This document shows positions 30,774-42,064 of a DNA stretch of 64,000 nucleotides, piece by piece. The notes beneath the pieces are model-generated. The model saw only the letters and a program-made list of their open reading frames with translations. It was not told the origin of the DNA and did not search any database. Source of the stretch: Andalucia godoyi And28 (Eukaryota; Protista; Jakobida); NCBI GenBank assembly GCA_009859145.1, contig VRVR01000006.1, positions 119,335 through 183,334 of the forward strand, written 5' to 3'. The position numbers and the translations under genes were made by a program. Positions within the stretch are counted from its first letter, which is position 1, and each line of letters opens with the position of its first letter.

Positions 30774-31043
30774 TGGTTGATGAAGCGCTTCAGAATAATC
30801 CTCCTCCTTCTTCTTCCTCTTTCAGGTGGTTGTTGATAACTTTTATTCCAAAAGAAAAGCGCTTGTACAATATGAAAAAAGCGTAGCGGCAACACAGTAC
30901 TCTATAAATCACACGGATTGAAAATTGTGAAAGAAAAAAACCACGACAGGAAAACGAAAAGAAGCGACGCTTTGGCATGTACAGAGAAACTAAATGAGCA
31001 ACGAGGGGTGGAGGGAAACGACTCCCTTTCCATGCACCTGTCC

Positions 31044-32078
31044 TTATCGTTCCAGCACGGATGCGGTACTGGAGTGACCTTCAGAAAGGTTTCTGAGATC
31101 CACGACCACAACGGAGATGTTATCCATAGATCCATTACGATACGCCAACTCCACGAGTCTTTCCGCAGCAAGTTGGGGGGATGCATCATTCTCGGAAGCA
31201 ACCTTGTGGACAGTGTCCGAGGACAGAACGTCCCAGAGTCCGTCTGACGCAATTATCAAAAACTCGTCATCTGTCCTGAGTTTCCTATGGTACAAATCTG
31301 GCTCAGCAGTCACACCCACAGCCTTCAGGAAACAGTCTCCCACGGCTCTGCTCATGGCGAGTATTCCATTCACGCGATACGCGCCAGAGCTGAACTTTAC
31401 AAACCCGCCAACAGAGCTAATGCGCTCTGCTTCGGCAGGATCATCCGGTTTGTGATCCCTGGTGAGCGGGAATGCACCTTGTGATTTGGAACACAGCACG
31501 GCGCGAGAGTCGCCAGTATTCGACAAGAACATGTGCCCAGAATGAATGAATGCGGCAACAGCCGTCGTCCCGTCCGTCCACTGCTGCATCGTAGCCAATT
31601 TGCAGAAGGACTTGTCTGTCAACAGCACAGCCTCGCGCATGCATCGAGCCACAATATCGAGAAATCGCTGTTCCTGCTCCACTGGATCCACAGAAGCAAG
31701 TCCGTTGTCCATGAGCAGCTTGGAAAGTGTTTTCGGAAGCAAGTCTGCCGCAAACACACTTGCTCGCTTCCCTGAATGACCGTCAAATACACCAGCAAAC
31801 AATGACTGCAGTCCCATGAAGGACGGTATCACAGACGTCACATCCTCCATGTAACTGCGGCGACCCTGCATGTGCGACACACCAAACGAAAAACACTGAG
31901 CGCCAGCAGCCGCGATGCTTCCAGATGATGCGTGGGCCGTCGTGCGGTTCACAATCAACATGGACGCAATCGTCGAGTACAAATACAAGTACGATTTCTT
32001 GGAAAACGCACTTTCGGAAACATTTCGGAAAATATTAGACCTCAGCAGAGGAGAAAACATGCGACTTACGAAACTCAT
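31044..32078 (-). CDS. PP2C/PPM serine-threonine phosphatase, possible mitochondrial presequence
   Basis: QGRRSYMED, FAGVFDGHSG, DGTTAV, NTGDSRAVL, LTRDHKP, LAMSRAVGD, FLIIASDGLWD, GSMDNISVVVVDL. Start at ATG 32078. Confidence 0.95.
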   Translation of the reverse strand: MSFVSRMFSPLLRSNIFRNVSESAFSKKSYLYLYSTIASMLIVNRTTAHASSGSIAAAGAQCFSFGVSHMQGRRSYMEDVTSVIPSFMGLQSLFAGVFDGHSGKRASVFAADLLPKTLSKLLMDNGLASVDPVEQEQRFLDIVARCMREAVLLTDKSFCKLATMQQWTDGTTAVAAFIHSGHMFLSNTGDSRAVLCSKSQGAFPLTRDHKPDDPAEAERISSVGGFVKFSSGAYRVNGILAMSRAVGDCFLKAVGVTAEPDLYHRKLRTDDEFLIIASDGLWDVLSSDTVHKVASENDASPQLAAERLVELAYRNGSMDNISVVVVDLRNLSEGHSSTASVLER

Positions 32079-32369
32079 CCCCGATCTGTATGCGTCTTCT
32101 TCTTCTTCTTCTTCCTTCCAGCGATCCTCGATTTCGATCTGTTCAGCCAAACCAATCACTCAATCACTCCGTCCGTCAAGATATGACAATGAAAATGAAA
32201 ATGAGAGAAATGAAGCCTCTTTTCCCACTCGCACCAGTACAAAGATTCTCTTTTTAAAAAAAGAAAATAACAAATAATTCGCGCAACCACAATAATGAAT
32301 ATTACAAAGTTGGAAATCGTGAAAGAACCAAACGCACGAGGATATCAATGATCACCACCAACCCACGAA

Positions 32370-32373
<4 letters not shown>

Positions 32374-32418
<45 letters not shown>

Positions 32419-32455
32419 CAATAAACAATAAACAATAAACAATAAACAATAAACA
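32374..32455. repeat. Compound (CA)n plus (ACAATAA)n repeat
   Basis: Direct reading. Confidence 0.9.
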
Positions 32456-33537
32456 AAACACAAAATTAAAACAATCAAAATGAACCCAATAAGAAGCGTT
32501 CGATAAACATTATATTTTGGGAAAATGAGAAACGCGACAATAGGCTCCCATTTAAAAGAGAATTGAGAGCTGCTGATGATGAAAGGAGAGTTTTGTCATC
32601 AATGAAACGATCAATCCCCCAGCGGGCCTTTTCCCCTTGACCTCGAAAAGCCTTTTGGTCGTTACAAGCATGTTTTTTTACAGCAGGCAGAGAGGAAGCC
32701 CGAAGGCAATCGCAACGGAACGCAGAGGGGGGGCTAGAGAGAAGGGGGGAGCGCCGCAGCATGCAACGGGGAAGGGTTTGAAAGAAAGCAGAGCAGAGAC
32801 AAAAACCGGCCTATTTATGTACACCGCGATTTCCACATAGAGAAAGGAGGTGGGCGGGGGGAGCACGTCGGCCACATGCAGAAACAGGAAAAGTTGTTCC
32901 ACAGTAGTAGTGCACGGGCGTCTTCTCTCACCGGGGGATCACAAATTCACAAGCAGTAAGTTCAACACTAGGAGGTGCCGAGTTGTTTGCAGTGCATGAA
33001 TGAAGAGGATGGCAAAACGGAATCCGGGAGACGAGGTTCGCATACCAGCAGAGAATTGTCGTTGGCGCGCTTGTTGACGTCCAGTGGAAGCTGTGTGTTC
33101 CACGTTTGGTGAACGTCTCTTTTTCCGACGAGATATGTAGCGGTAAAACACTGTGCCACACCGATTGTTTGGACACTGCTGATGGAATAAAAACGGACAA
33201 AGGAGAGGGGGGGGGTCGGTTGGGGTTCGTGACTCTTGGCAAACATTTTCTTGTTGTGAGATTTTCTGTTCTTCTTTCAACTGTCAAAGACAGAAATCCA
33301 AAAAAACAAGAGGAAGAAAAGAAAAACATTTCCCTCATCGCAACAAGCTTGAACAATCCATCCATTAGCACAAAAACAAACCATCAAGAAGAGAGTTGAT
33401 CGTTGTTAGTGAGTCGCGCTCCTGGTCGTTAGCAATTTCGATTGCGTTGTTACGATCTCGTGATTCCCGGTCCTTGCACACACTCTTTCAACAAGCCAAA
33501 GAACCTATCGCCGTGGTTTTTTTTTTGCAGAATTCAA

Positions 33538-34236
33538 ATGGCCCACGTCAGTGCTGATGTTGTAGGGCCCACTCTGAGTCATCATCATCACCACCATTCT
33601 GGCGACAGTCATGCTGCACTTGAGAACCGCACGTGCTTCTTCGTGAAGGCCGACAAGCGCAAGTACGCGACTTCACGAGCATGCCTCGATGATATTCTTC
33701 ACAAAGTTATGATGGAGTGTGAAGCTCACGAGCTACCCATTCCCGCCCAAGCGCGGTCGATGATCCATCAGGAACTGCAAGACCAAATTCATTCTTTGTG
33801 GCACGATCCATCCTCATTGGATCAACAGGTCTCGTTTGTAGGCGTACGTCCTCTCTGTGTCCTTGCAGAGTCCCTGTCCCTTCACAGGAGCTATATCCAT
33901 TCACCGCCAGACGGCCGGCATCTTGTTATGGAACCCAAGGACAGATTCTCCGTTTCAACGCCCCTTCCGATGCCGCTTGCAATCGCTCGAAACGCGTCTT
34001 TATCATCATCATCATCCTCCCCTTCCTCCTCCTCCTCCTCCTCCTCCTCCTCTTCTTCTTCTTCAGCATCACCATCTTCTACCTCCTGTTGCTGCTCCTC
34101 TTCAGCTTCTTCCTCGTCTTCCTCACGGTCGTCGTCGGGCGTCGATGAATGCCACACAGACGACCATTCAGGAGCGTCGGATGCACAAAACAATTATGAG
34201 CACTGTGGAATCACATCCCCCACTTTTCTTTCTTGA
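33538..34236 (+). CDS. Hypothetical protein with His run and poly-Ser tract
   Basis: Open frame with a globular-looking middle (CFFVKADKRKY...DDILHKVMME...). An acceptor-like T-rich GCAG at 33530 means an upstream exon is possible. Family not recognised. Confidence 0.55.
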   Translation: MAHVSADVVGPTLSHHHHHHSGDSHAALENRTCFFVKADKRKYATSRACLDDILHKVMMECEAHELPIPAQARSMIHQELQDQIHSLWHDPSSLDQQVSFVGVRPLCVLAESLSLHRSYIHSPPDGRHLVMEPKDRFSVSTPLPMPLAIARNASLSSSSSSPSSSSSSSSSSSSSSASPSSTSCCCSSSASSSSSSRSSSGVDECHTDDHSGASDAQNNYEHCGITSPTFLS

Positions 34237-34572
34237 AGAATATAAAGCCAAACTCATTCCGGAATCCATAAATGCAACAATACGGCTCTCAAAAGCACCA
34301 ATCTTGATGATGATGAAGAAGAAGACAGAGTCAAGACACGACATATCCAAAACAGAAAAAAACCTCCGACTCATCAACATTTTACATTGCATGCTCATGC
34401 ACTGCTAGCACCACCAAACGCGACATTTGGATTCCAAAAGTACTGCGACCGAAAAGAGTGTGAACCACAGAGTGATATTGCTGCAGCGAGAGGGCGTGGG
34501 AGCGTGGGAGCGTGTGAGGTGCGAAAGTGTGAGCAGTTGGATTTTTTGGCAGTCAAAGCAGTAGAACAAAGA

Positions 34573-35457
34573 ATGAATCGACTAAGCAAATCAGAAATTG
34601 ACTACATTGTATGCGGTGCAGAAGACAATGTGCGGTCCGATGGTCGAGGGTGCCTGGACTTCCGGCCGATCACGGTGGAAACAGGAATTTCGCCACAGAC
34701 ATCGGGCTCTGCGCGCGTTCGGATTGCACAGACGGATGTTGTCGTTGGGGTGAAGCTTGATATCGATACGGTCCTGGACACGAAGCCCAATGAAGGGCGA
34801 ATAGCAGTCCGAGTCGATGTTTCGCCGTCGTTGACTGGTATTTACAATGCGTATGGAGGCAGGCGAAATGCGTCCGAGGAGTTGTCAGTTGAGATGTCGC
34901 GCATCCTTGAACGGTTCTTGTCAGTTCCAGATGCAATGGATCTGAAATCTCTGATTATTGTTCCTGGAAAGCAATGCTGGATTGTCCATGTGGACGTCCT
35001 GGTTTTGCAGGTCGGAGGAAGTCTGGTTGATGCGGTCGTTATGGCTGCAAAGGCTGCGTTGTCGTGTACAAGGATTCCAGCAGTGTCGGTCACGACCCGA
35101 GGCTCTGGCGAGTGCGAGATCGACATCTCCAGCGATGTGTCCAAGTACACAAACTTGGATGCCTCCAATGTGCCGATCTGCGTTACGCTGTCCAAACTGG
35201 GGTCTGTCTCGATTGTAGATGCAACGGTTGACGAAGAAGTGTGTGTGTCTGCAAAAGTGCATGTGGCCGTTTCGCCTTCTGGCCAAGTGTGCGCTTTGCA
35301 AAAAGCCGGGTCTGGCGGTATGCAACCCGAGCTATTCGAGAAGATGGTACACGATGCAAAAAACATTGGAGTGCGTTTGACTGGCTTGCTGCATAAGACG
35401 CTCGCCCTCGATGCAGCGGTTCCGGCTTCACAGAAAGCCGGCTTCTTGCTTGGGTGA
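34573..35457 (+). CDS. EXOSC7: Exosome RNase PH-like subunit RRP42
   Basis: LSKSEIDYI..G....RSDGR...DFRPI.VETG..PQTSGSARV, DLKSL.IVPGKQCWIVHVDVLVL..GG.L.DA, DATVDEE. Confidence 0.92.
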   Translation: MNRLSKSEIDYIVCGAEDNVRSDGRGCLDFRPITVETGISPQTSGSARVRIAQTDVVVGVKLDIDTVLDTKPNEGRIAVRVDVSPSLTGIYNAYGGRRNASEELSVEMSRILERFLSVPDAMDLKSLIIVPGKQCWIVHVDVLVLQVGGSLVDAVVMAAKAALSCTRIPAVSVTTRGSGECEIDISSDVSKYTNLDASNVPICVTLSKLGSVSIVDATVDEEVCVSAKVHVAVSPSGQVCALQKAGSGGMQPELFEKMVHDAKNIGVRLTGLLHKTLALDAAVPASQKAGFLLG

Positions 35458-35689
35458 CAGGCGGCAAGCCGGTTTATCTGGATGTCCTGAATTATAGTTT
35501 TGTAGGTGACTCGACAGAAAAGTAGCAAGCTGCCTCTTTTTCTAGTGCTGTATACCAACAAGAAAACGATGAAGGGAGAAAAAAAGAAGAAGAACAGAGG
35601 AATAAATAATACTGTACATGTGGAAGTTAAACTACAAGGGAGAATGGGAGAGAATAATAACACTAATAATGAAATCGTCACCAAACGCA

Positions 35690-38600
35690 TTAGCCACGAA
35701 TCAACGAACCTGCAAGTGTACTGGCGTCATCCACCTCTGCATTGGACTCCAGGATCGCAGGGAGTTTCTGAGGCGAAACACCAATCCAATAATCGACCTC
35801 TTCGGGAGAATGACCCAGTAGCGCCTTACGCCGCTCTTCACGGTCCATCTCAAACACTTCACAAAGCACGCCATCGGGACCCCTGACAAAATGGCGAAAC
35901 AGCTCCCGATGACCTCCAAATGCCCAGGTAAAAATGACAATGTGCGCTGCACGAAGCGTCCGCAGGACACGAGAATCAGAGACTGAACGCACACTGTCCT
36001 TGCGGCTGCGAGAGGAAAATGCTCCACGAGACTGCCAGTAAATAGGAGGCGAAGGCGGGGCGCACCGAGTAAACCTGTACGTCTTCAAATCATCCATCAT
36101 CGCTTCGCGCTGCCCTTCGTCCATCTCAAAGAAAAGTGCTTCCGCTAACACGGACTCGTGATCGATCTGAAATAATATGTTATCCGCTGTCATTTCCGGT
36201 CTGGATGACACGTTTGAAGTTGTTTCCTCATCTACGTTTTGTTGCTGCTCATACTCGCCAACGACCCTTCGCTGCTTCCGACGCTTTCGCGTAAGAGTCT
36301 TCCAAATTGTCTTGCATCGTTCCATAAAACGACGGAACGGTGTTTCCAGTGCGAGCTGTCGATCGGCATGGTCGTTCAAATGCCTCCTTCTTGCATTCTC
36401 AACCTCGGTCGCAGACAGCCAGTGTGCCGGGCGACGGATCTTTCTGTCCGGATACAACACAGGTCGTGAGAAGTAGGATATTAATATCTTTCGGTAATCG
36501 TCCTGAGAAAGAGAATTGTGGTACTCGGCCCGTGTGAAAGACGGGAACGTCCTACGCGCGTACGTCTTGATCTCCTGCGATATCTGCAGATGCCGGACAT
36601 CCGGTAATCGAACCCGCGAGAAATAGCCCTTCGGCCAATCGAGAGTCAAGACGTCGTGAAGCCGCTCCAGGAAGGGGTGCGGCGCGAATTCCTCATAGAT
36701 GCGGACAGCCGTCTTTCGAAGAGCACCAGACTGACCACGCCAATGCTTTGCTTTCCGCAAAATATTGGAAAACATGTTCATCGAAATTTCCATGTCATGC
36801 GGAACAAAAAACTTATCTTCCTCTCCATGAATACGATAGTACACGTCCATCATGCGACCATTCATGTGCAAACGGAGGGAATAGTGGTAAAGCAGGAAGC
36901 ACGTCGCAAACATCATCTGTGAATACAAAAATGCAGTCAGGAAGGAACCAACCATTCCGTTTGCTTCCACTTGGTTGTAATACCGATACAGCCGGAACGA
37001 TTCACCGTAATCGTATTCCTGCGCAGCATTATCCACGATCACAATCAATACCGGATCGAAAAAAACGGAAATACCAAACGCGAACAACAAGCGGGAACCG
37101 ATGTCTGGAAACGAGCCTAACAGAAACTGGCAAAACCACGATAAAAACATAAATACACAGAACAGCACCATGTTGAACAGGGTCCCAGAGCACAGAGACC
37201 CAACCTCGAAGCCTGGAGTGAAAAATTCTCCTCGATATTCAAAAATCACAGTGTACGGAGTCCAAATGGTGGTCTCCACAGGAGTACGAAACGCTTGCAA
37301 ATAGAGCCATGTTCCGAAGTAGTGGGGAAACAAACGGATCCAGAGCATCAAAAGCAGCAAGAACACCATTCCCCAAAACTCCAAAGATCGCGGATTATCA
37401 AGTCCAAGATCCGACACGATAGCACGACGGATGTACTGAAACTTCTCCGATGCAATCGTGCTCTTATTCCAAGCGCGTTCCAATGGGGCCACAGACATTT
37501 TGTACATGTCCAGTGTGACCTTCGGAACGAACCGCTTCAAACCGGTAGTGGAGGATCCCTGTGAGATGGCAGATGTTGCCGGAAGAGCTCCTCGTGCGGA
37601 CAACGTTCCGGATTCGGGTGGAAAAGCGGCGCGAACAGCATCCTCTCCAAAAACCAGTTCTTCAGGCCGGAATGATTGGCCGCCGCCTGCGGTGCCCATG
37701 CTCTTTGCAGAATCGTCTCTTCCCAAAAACGGCGGAGCGACGACAACCGGAGATCGCTTTGGAGTACGTGCCAGCCCCATTCCTGCTCCGCTGTCATACA
37801 CAGGAGCGTCCTGCACATCGCTTCGGCGGAAAGCAGCAGAAGAAAAGATGGGGGATCGAGAAGCGGTTCTTGGATCTCGCCTCTTATGCGCAGGAGTATC
37901 CGAGTCATCAGCATCGTCTTCCGTATCGCTACCGCCCTCGTCCTCAACCTCATCATCTTCATTCTCAACGTCTTGGACACTTCCAAAAGAAGTGGAGATT
38001 GGAGCCGGGCGCTGATTCCTATTGCCAAGCGAACCCTTGCGCTTGCTCGGGGACTTCATCTCACCGGACTGCGACGCCAAGCGACCGCCAAATGGACTGG
38101 AGGCCCTTTTTTTACTACCGTTGGCCACGCCTGACGGTTGCCTTCGATGGAGCGATGAAGGAGAGATATTCGATGACGAAAAGTCCAACGCAGGAATGGT
38201 GGTTTTGGAGCGAGAGGGCGTGTCTCCAGAGAGCCCTTGCTGCACCAATTCCTCTTGACGGTTGAACAGCAGCGGGTGTGCTACATCTTGGTCTACCGGA
38301 AGACGGCCAAGATTTTGTTCCTTGCTGAACTTTGACATGCTTTGTTCTCGCGACATTTGTGCCTTGCTTTGCTCTCGCACGAGCTTGGATCGACTCTGCT
38401 CTCTTGCTAACTTCATGTTTGTTGTGCGCTGCGCACGATCCTCCAGACCACCAGCACGAGCCATTTCCTCTGCAATAATCAACTGGGTTTGGGCAAAGCC
38501 AAGGGAGTTACTGGAACTGGCTAGCGCACGCTTTCGAACACGCGTTCTTGGCGTTGCAGCGTCTCCGGGAGAGCGTGGTGTTCCGACGGAGCCGGGGGTC

Positions 38601-41455
38601 CTCGGAGTGTGGGGCGCTGACGTGTCGGCAGGCAGCCCAGCGGACACTCCTGTACTCGGGGATTCCATATCAGAGCTGAGTTCCGGGCCACCCGGTGTGA
38701 TGAGTGGTTTGCCTTCCTCCTGGATTGTGACCCTCTGCGGCTTCGCGCTTTTTGGACGAGCAACAGGAGCTGCCTTTGTGTTCACATCGTCGTCAGTGAG
38801 AATTCGAAGGCTCGACACCGTAGCGCCTCTTCCTAATGTGGCTCGATTGTGAGTGGATGCCGATGGTTTTGCTGTAATGGATGTACGACGGTGGCGAGCA
38901 CTTCCCGAGGCTGCACCAGGCAGAAGTGCCGCGCCTTCTTGCGCATGCTCCGTTTCCGAAGAGGAAGATTCAGTTGAAGGAGAAGCATCCGCAGACGCAG
39001 GTTGCAGATTATCTGCTTCGAGTTGAGGCTGCAGCAAGGCGGCCGTGTCTGCAGGCTCTTCCATCACTTCATCCTGCGGAGCAAAATCACCGCGTGGCTG
39101 GACCGACGGAGCACCGGATGGTGACAGAATCGTCACGCGTCGCGATTTAGGCTTGGTGGTGTCGCTGGCTTCATCTGCCGCAACGGTAGCATCGACAGCC
39201 CCAGATTGCAAGGAAGACACACCCGATGCTAACTGGAGCTCCTTCTTGCGCCTCCATTTCGCAAAAAATCCCGAATTTCGCAGATTCTGCTCCTTCAAGG
39301 TGAATACCGTTGCGGCATCTTCCGATTCTCGAATGGCCCTTTCCAGATCTTCATCATCCGATGGCACATATTCCGGATCCTCTTTGGGAGTCTTGTACAC
39401 ACCATCATCTTCTGCTACCAGCTTCATGTCACGAACGTAATCTGGACGGAACAGCAGTTCCACTTCATACTCGTTCTGACCTGGCAAGTACTTGTTCAGT
39501 CGGTACGCTTCAAAATACAGATTGCCAATCCACATATCCACATTGTCTCGGTAGATTTTTTCAAGTCGAGCAAATTGCTGAATGGATGGATCGTACTCGC
39601 CTAGAATCATTGGAAGTTTGAAGCGGCCCTCTATGACATGGAAGCGGCCGTTGATAGCGGGAAATGCACCCCAGGCGACCACCCGATCCTTGGGACGTCT
39701 CCGACCAGAACGAAGAAGGAACAACTCGAAAACAAGCACCGTTTGTGGCTGAATATCTGCATCGGACGGTGTCACAAGAAAAACAGACTCGTGAAACTGC
39801 ATATTGACATCGAAGAATCGACCGCCATGCCAAACAGAATTCGACGCCCCATTCCAGCGAAAGAACCCCTTTCTGCCACTTCGAAGGCGGCTCGCTGCTG
39901 CTCGATGCCCTTCATTCTCCGAGTCGTCACCATCCCCAGTTTCCAAATCCCCATGGCGATCCGCCTCTTCATCGGACGACTGGACAAGATCTCCGGACGT
40001 TGCATCCAGCTTTGAATACCGAAGAGGTACTCCTCCCAGACGAGTGTACAGCGACACCAACATGACGTATTTCCCTCGCGGCAACTTGTCTTTCACAGCT
40101 CGCAAAGTGACGAGGCGGATCTGAATGGGCTGCGGAGTGTGCATGGAATCAACTTTCCAAACGCGATTTTCCGTGCCATCGATTTTCGTATCTTCCTCGG
40201 CATTCACATGTCCGTAGTCTGTCTGTAGTACGGCGTCACTGGAAGAAACGAAATTCGTGAGCTCGTCTTCCAGTCTTTGAAACTCCTTTTGCAATGTCTC
40301 TCGACGGGTCATTTCACGCTCGTCAAAATCCACATCCTTTTTCACGCTGGAAGCCACGATGGATTCTCTGTGACTCCAAGCAGCTTCTTTAGCATCCTGT
40401 TCTCGAGCACCCCGCTCGCTTCGACGAAGAGAATCTGCTTCGGCAAGTGCGGCCTCGTTGAAAATACGAAGTTCCTCGAGCATAACATCCTGTTCATCAA
40501 CGACATCCGGCTCCAAGACACCAACGGCAACGACGTCCTTTTGAGCATCTCCGTCATCTTGTTCAAACCAACTCAGATACTTTTCTGTGTTGAGGTTCTC
40601 AATACGAGAGTAGGACTTTCGATATTCATGCTCGCGTTCTTGTGCGATCTTTCGTTTTCGCAGCAAGGGTGCATCTATATCCACCTCTCCAACCTCGTCA
40701 ACGTGCGCATGCGCAGCCTGCTGGTTGTCTGCATTACTGTCTTGCTGCATTGCAGCAGCAACCGAAGCGATCTCGCCTGGCTGGAAAAAATGGCTCTCAT
40801 AGTCTGCTCCTCCGGTTACGTCGCTGGTATTTTCTCGAATCTCGCGCCCTGCAGCGCTCTGATCTTCAAAACGTCGGTCATCTATCTGCTGAGCTTCGGC
40901 CTGCCCTTCCGCAGAACGAACAGATTTCTCGGCATCCTGGTCCTGATAAATAATCGCAACTTCCTCATCGTCTTTTGAGAACCGGTGGGACTGTGGCGCC
41001 GCATCCAAGAATGAAGAGTCTCTGGGAACAGAGTCGCTGGAAGATGCTGCAGAGCGAGGTCTCCCATCCGCTGCAATTGAAGCAAATGCGGGACCTGGAG
41101 AAGCGCTGGACGAAGGAGGCATGGTCAGAGGAGGAGAGTTGACCGGTCTGGAAGCTGATTGTCTTCTGCTTGAATGTGCATTTTCCACAATGACGACATC
41201 TTCGCTAAATGGTTCCGGAGTTGATTCTCGGAGAAATCGGCTGACGTTCGCAGAAGAAGATGACCTGCGTGAAGAACTTCGAGAAGATGCCGAGGAAGAA
41301 GACGTATTACTGGCATTCGACGGAATGACAAAAGGAGTAAACGGCGAAGGCTCCGGAACAGAACCGTCCTGATTCAAATGAGAGGAATCTGGGACATCCA
41401 CCGCTGACGTCCCAGGACGGCTCACCCTATCACCATCCCCGCCCTGTTCAGACAT
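35690..41455 (-). CDS. OFCC1/ojoplano-like multi-pass membrane protein, paralogue A (1921 aa)
   Basis: QPIQIRLVTLRAVKDKLPRGKYVMLVSLY.RLGG, VFELFLL, VVAWGAFP, NLYFE, a four-to-five TM block, then DVYYR..GEE..FFVPHDMEIS. Confidence 0.75.
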   Translation of the reverse strand: MSEQGGDGDRVSRPGTSAVDVPDSSHLNQDGSVPEPSPFTPFVIPSNASNTSSSSASSRSSSRRSSSSANVSRFLRESTPEPFSEDVVIVENAHSSRRQSASRPVNSPPLTMPPSSSASPGPAFASIAADGRPRSAASSSDSVPRDSSFLDAAPQSHRFSKDDEEVAIIYQDQDAEKSVRSAEGQAEAQQIDDRRFEDQSAAGREIRENTSDVTGGADYESHFFQPGEIASVAAAMQQDSNADNQQAAHAHVDEVGEVDIDAPLLRKRKIAQEREHEYRKSYSRIENLNTEKYLSWFEQDDGDAQKDVVAVGVLEPDVVDEQDVMLEELRIFNEAALAEADSLRRSERGAREQDAKEAAWSHRESIVASSVKKDVDFDEREMTRRETLQKEFQRLEDELTNFVSSSDAVLQTDYGHVNAEEDTKIDGTENRVWKVDSMHTPQPIQIRLVTLRAVKDKLPRGKYVMLVSLYTRLGGVPLRYSKLDATSGDLVQSSDEEADRHGDLETGDGDDSENEGHRAAASRLRSGRKGFFRWNGASNSVWHGGRFFDVNMQFHESVFLVTPSDADIQPQTVLVFELFLLRSGRRRPKDRVVAWGAFPAINGRFHVIEGRFKLPMILGEYDPSIQQFARLEKIYRDNVDMWIGNLYFEAYRLNKYLPGQNEYEVELLFRPDYVRDMKLVAEDDGVYKTPKEDPEYVPSDDEDLERAIRESEDAATVFTLKEQNLRNSGFFAKWRRKKELQLASGVSSLQSGAVDATVAADEASDTTKPKSRRVTILSPSGAPSVQPRGDFAPQDEVMEEPADTAALLQPQLEADNLQPASADASPSTESSSSETEHAQEGAALLPGAASGSARHRRTSITAKPSASTHNRATLGRGATVSSLRILTDDDVNTKAAPVARPKSAKPQRVTIQEEGKPLITPGGPELSSDMESPSTGVSAGLPADTSAPHTPRTPGSVGTPRSPGDAATPRTRVRKRALASSSNSLGFAQTQLIIAEEMARAGGLEDRAQRTTNMKLAREQSRSKLVREQSKAQMSREQSMSKFSKEQNLGRLPVDQDVAHPLLFNRQEELVQQGLSGDTPSRSKTTIPALDFSSSNISPSSLHRRQPSGVANGSKKRASSPFGGRLASQSGEMKSPSKRKGSLGNRNQRPAPISTSFGSVQDVENEDDEVEDEGGSDTEDDADDSDTPAHKRRDPRTASRSPIFSSAAFRRSDVQDAPVYDSGAGMGLARTPKRSPVVVAPPFLGRDDSAKSMGTAGGGQSFRPEELVFGEDAVRAAFPPESGTLSARGALPATSAISQGSSTTGLKRFVPKVTLDMYKMSVAPLERAWNKSTIASEKFQYIRRAIVSDLGLDNPRSLEFWGMVFLLLLMLWIRLFPHYFGTWLYLQAFRTPVETTIWTPYTVIFEYRGEFFTPGFEVGSLCSGTLFNMVLFCVFMFLSWFCQFLLGSFPDIGSRLLFAFGISVFFDPVLIVIVDNAAQEYDYGESFRLYRYYNQVEANGMVGSFLTAFLYSQMMFATCFLLYHYSLRLHMNGRMMDVYYRIHGEEDKFFVPHDMEISMNMFSNILRKAKHWRGQSGALRKTAVRIYEEFAPHPFLERLHDVLTLDWPKGYFSRVRLPDVRHLQISQEIKTYARRTFPSFTRAEYHNSLSQDDYRKILISYFSRPVLYPDRKIRRPAHWLSATEVENARRRHLNDHADRQLALETPFRRFMERCKTIWKTLTRKRRKQRRVVGEYEQQQNVDEETTSNVSSRPEMTADNILFQIDHESVLAEALFFEMDEGQREAMMDDLKTYRFTRCAPPSPPIYWQSRGAFSSRSRKDSVRSVSDSRVLRTLRAAHIVIFTWAFGGHRELFRHFVRGPDGVLCEVFEMDREERRKALLGHSPEEVDYWIGVSPQKLPAILESNAEVDDASTLAGSLIRG

Positions 41456-42064
41456 TGCAGGTCAACAACAACACGAAAGAAAAGCAGTGTATGCCCTCCG
41501 CCCATACAACTCTGACAAACCGGGGATAACAAGCCGCGATAAACAGAGTGAATACGTGCCAGTGGAAAGCTGTGCTTTTAAACAAAACTCGAATGAAGAA
41601 CAAACCAATAATATTAATTTATAAAATAATACGTAACCAAACAAACACTGTGTGTGTGCGCGTGTGTGTGCGGCTGAATGAATCGGGAAACGGAATCAAT
41701 CCGTCGCCGCTGTCCATGTGATTGGAGAAAAGGGAATATCGAAGATAATTGACACTTGTGACATGTCCAAGGAAAAATCGGGAAATACAAAACCCCAATT
41801 GATTCTGCTCCGACAGCATTTCATTTAGTCGAATCATTTCATGCTGGAGAAAGGAACGCAACGACCATGCTTTCGTTTCATTCATTCTCTTGTCTCTCTC
41901 TTTCTTTCCTCTTTTGTTCCATGCACGTCGTTTGTGAGTCGTACCTGTACTGGATCGTATGATTGGTATTTTACAAGATCGCATATTCTTGCTAAACAGT
42001 GGATAAGGTATAACAGGGGTACGATACGACAGAAACAGGATAGGACTGGATAGGATTAGATAGA

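Noticed and set aside
32640-32680. GCCTTTTGG resembling the U2 snRNA 5' end
   Set aside because: The branch-point pairing sequence GTAGTA and an Sm site are absent.
32900-33400. Overlapping short minus-strand ORFs (one with CPNNRCGTVF)
   Set aside because: No consistent frame, splice model or family recognised.
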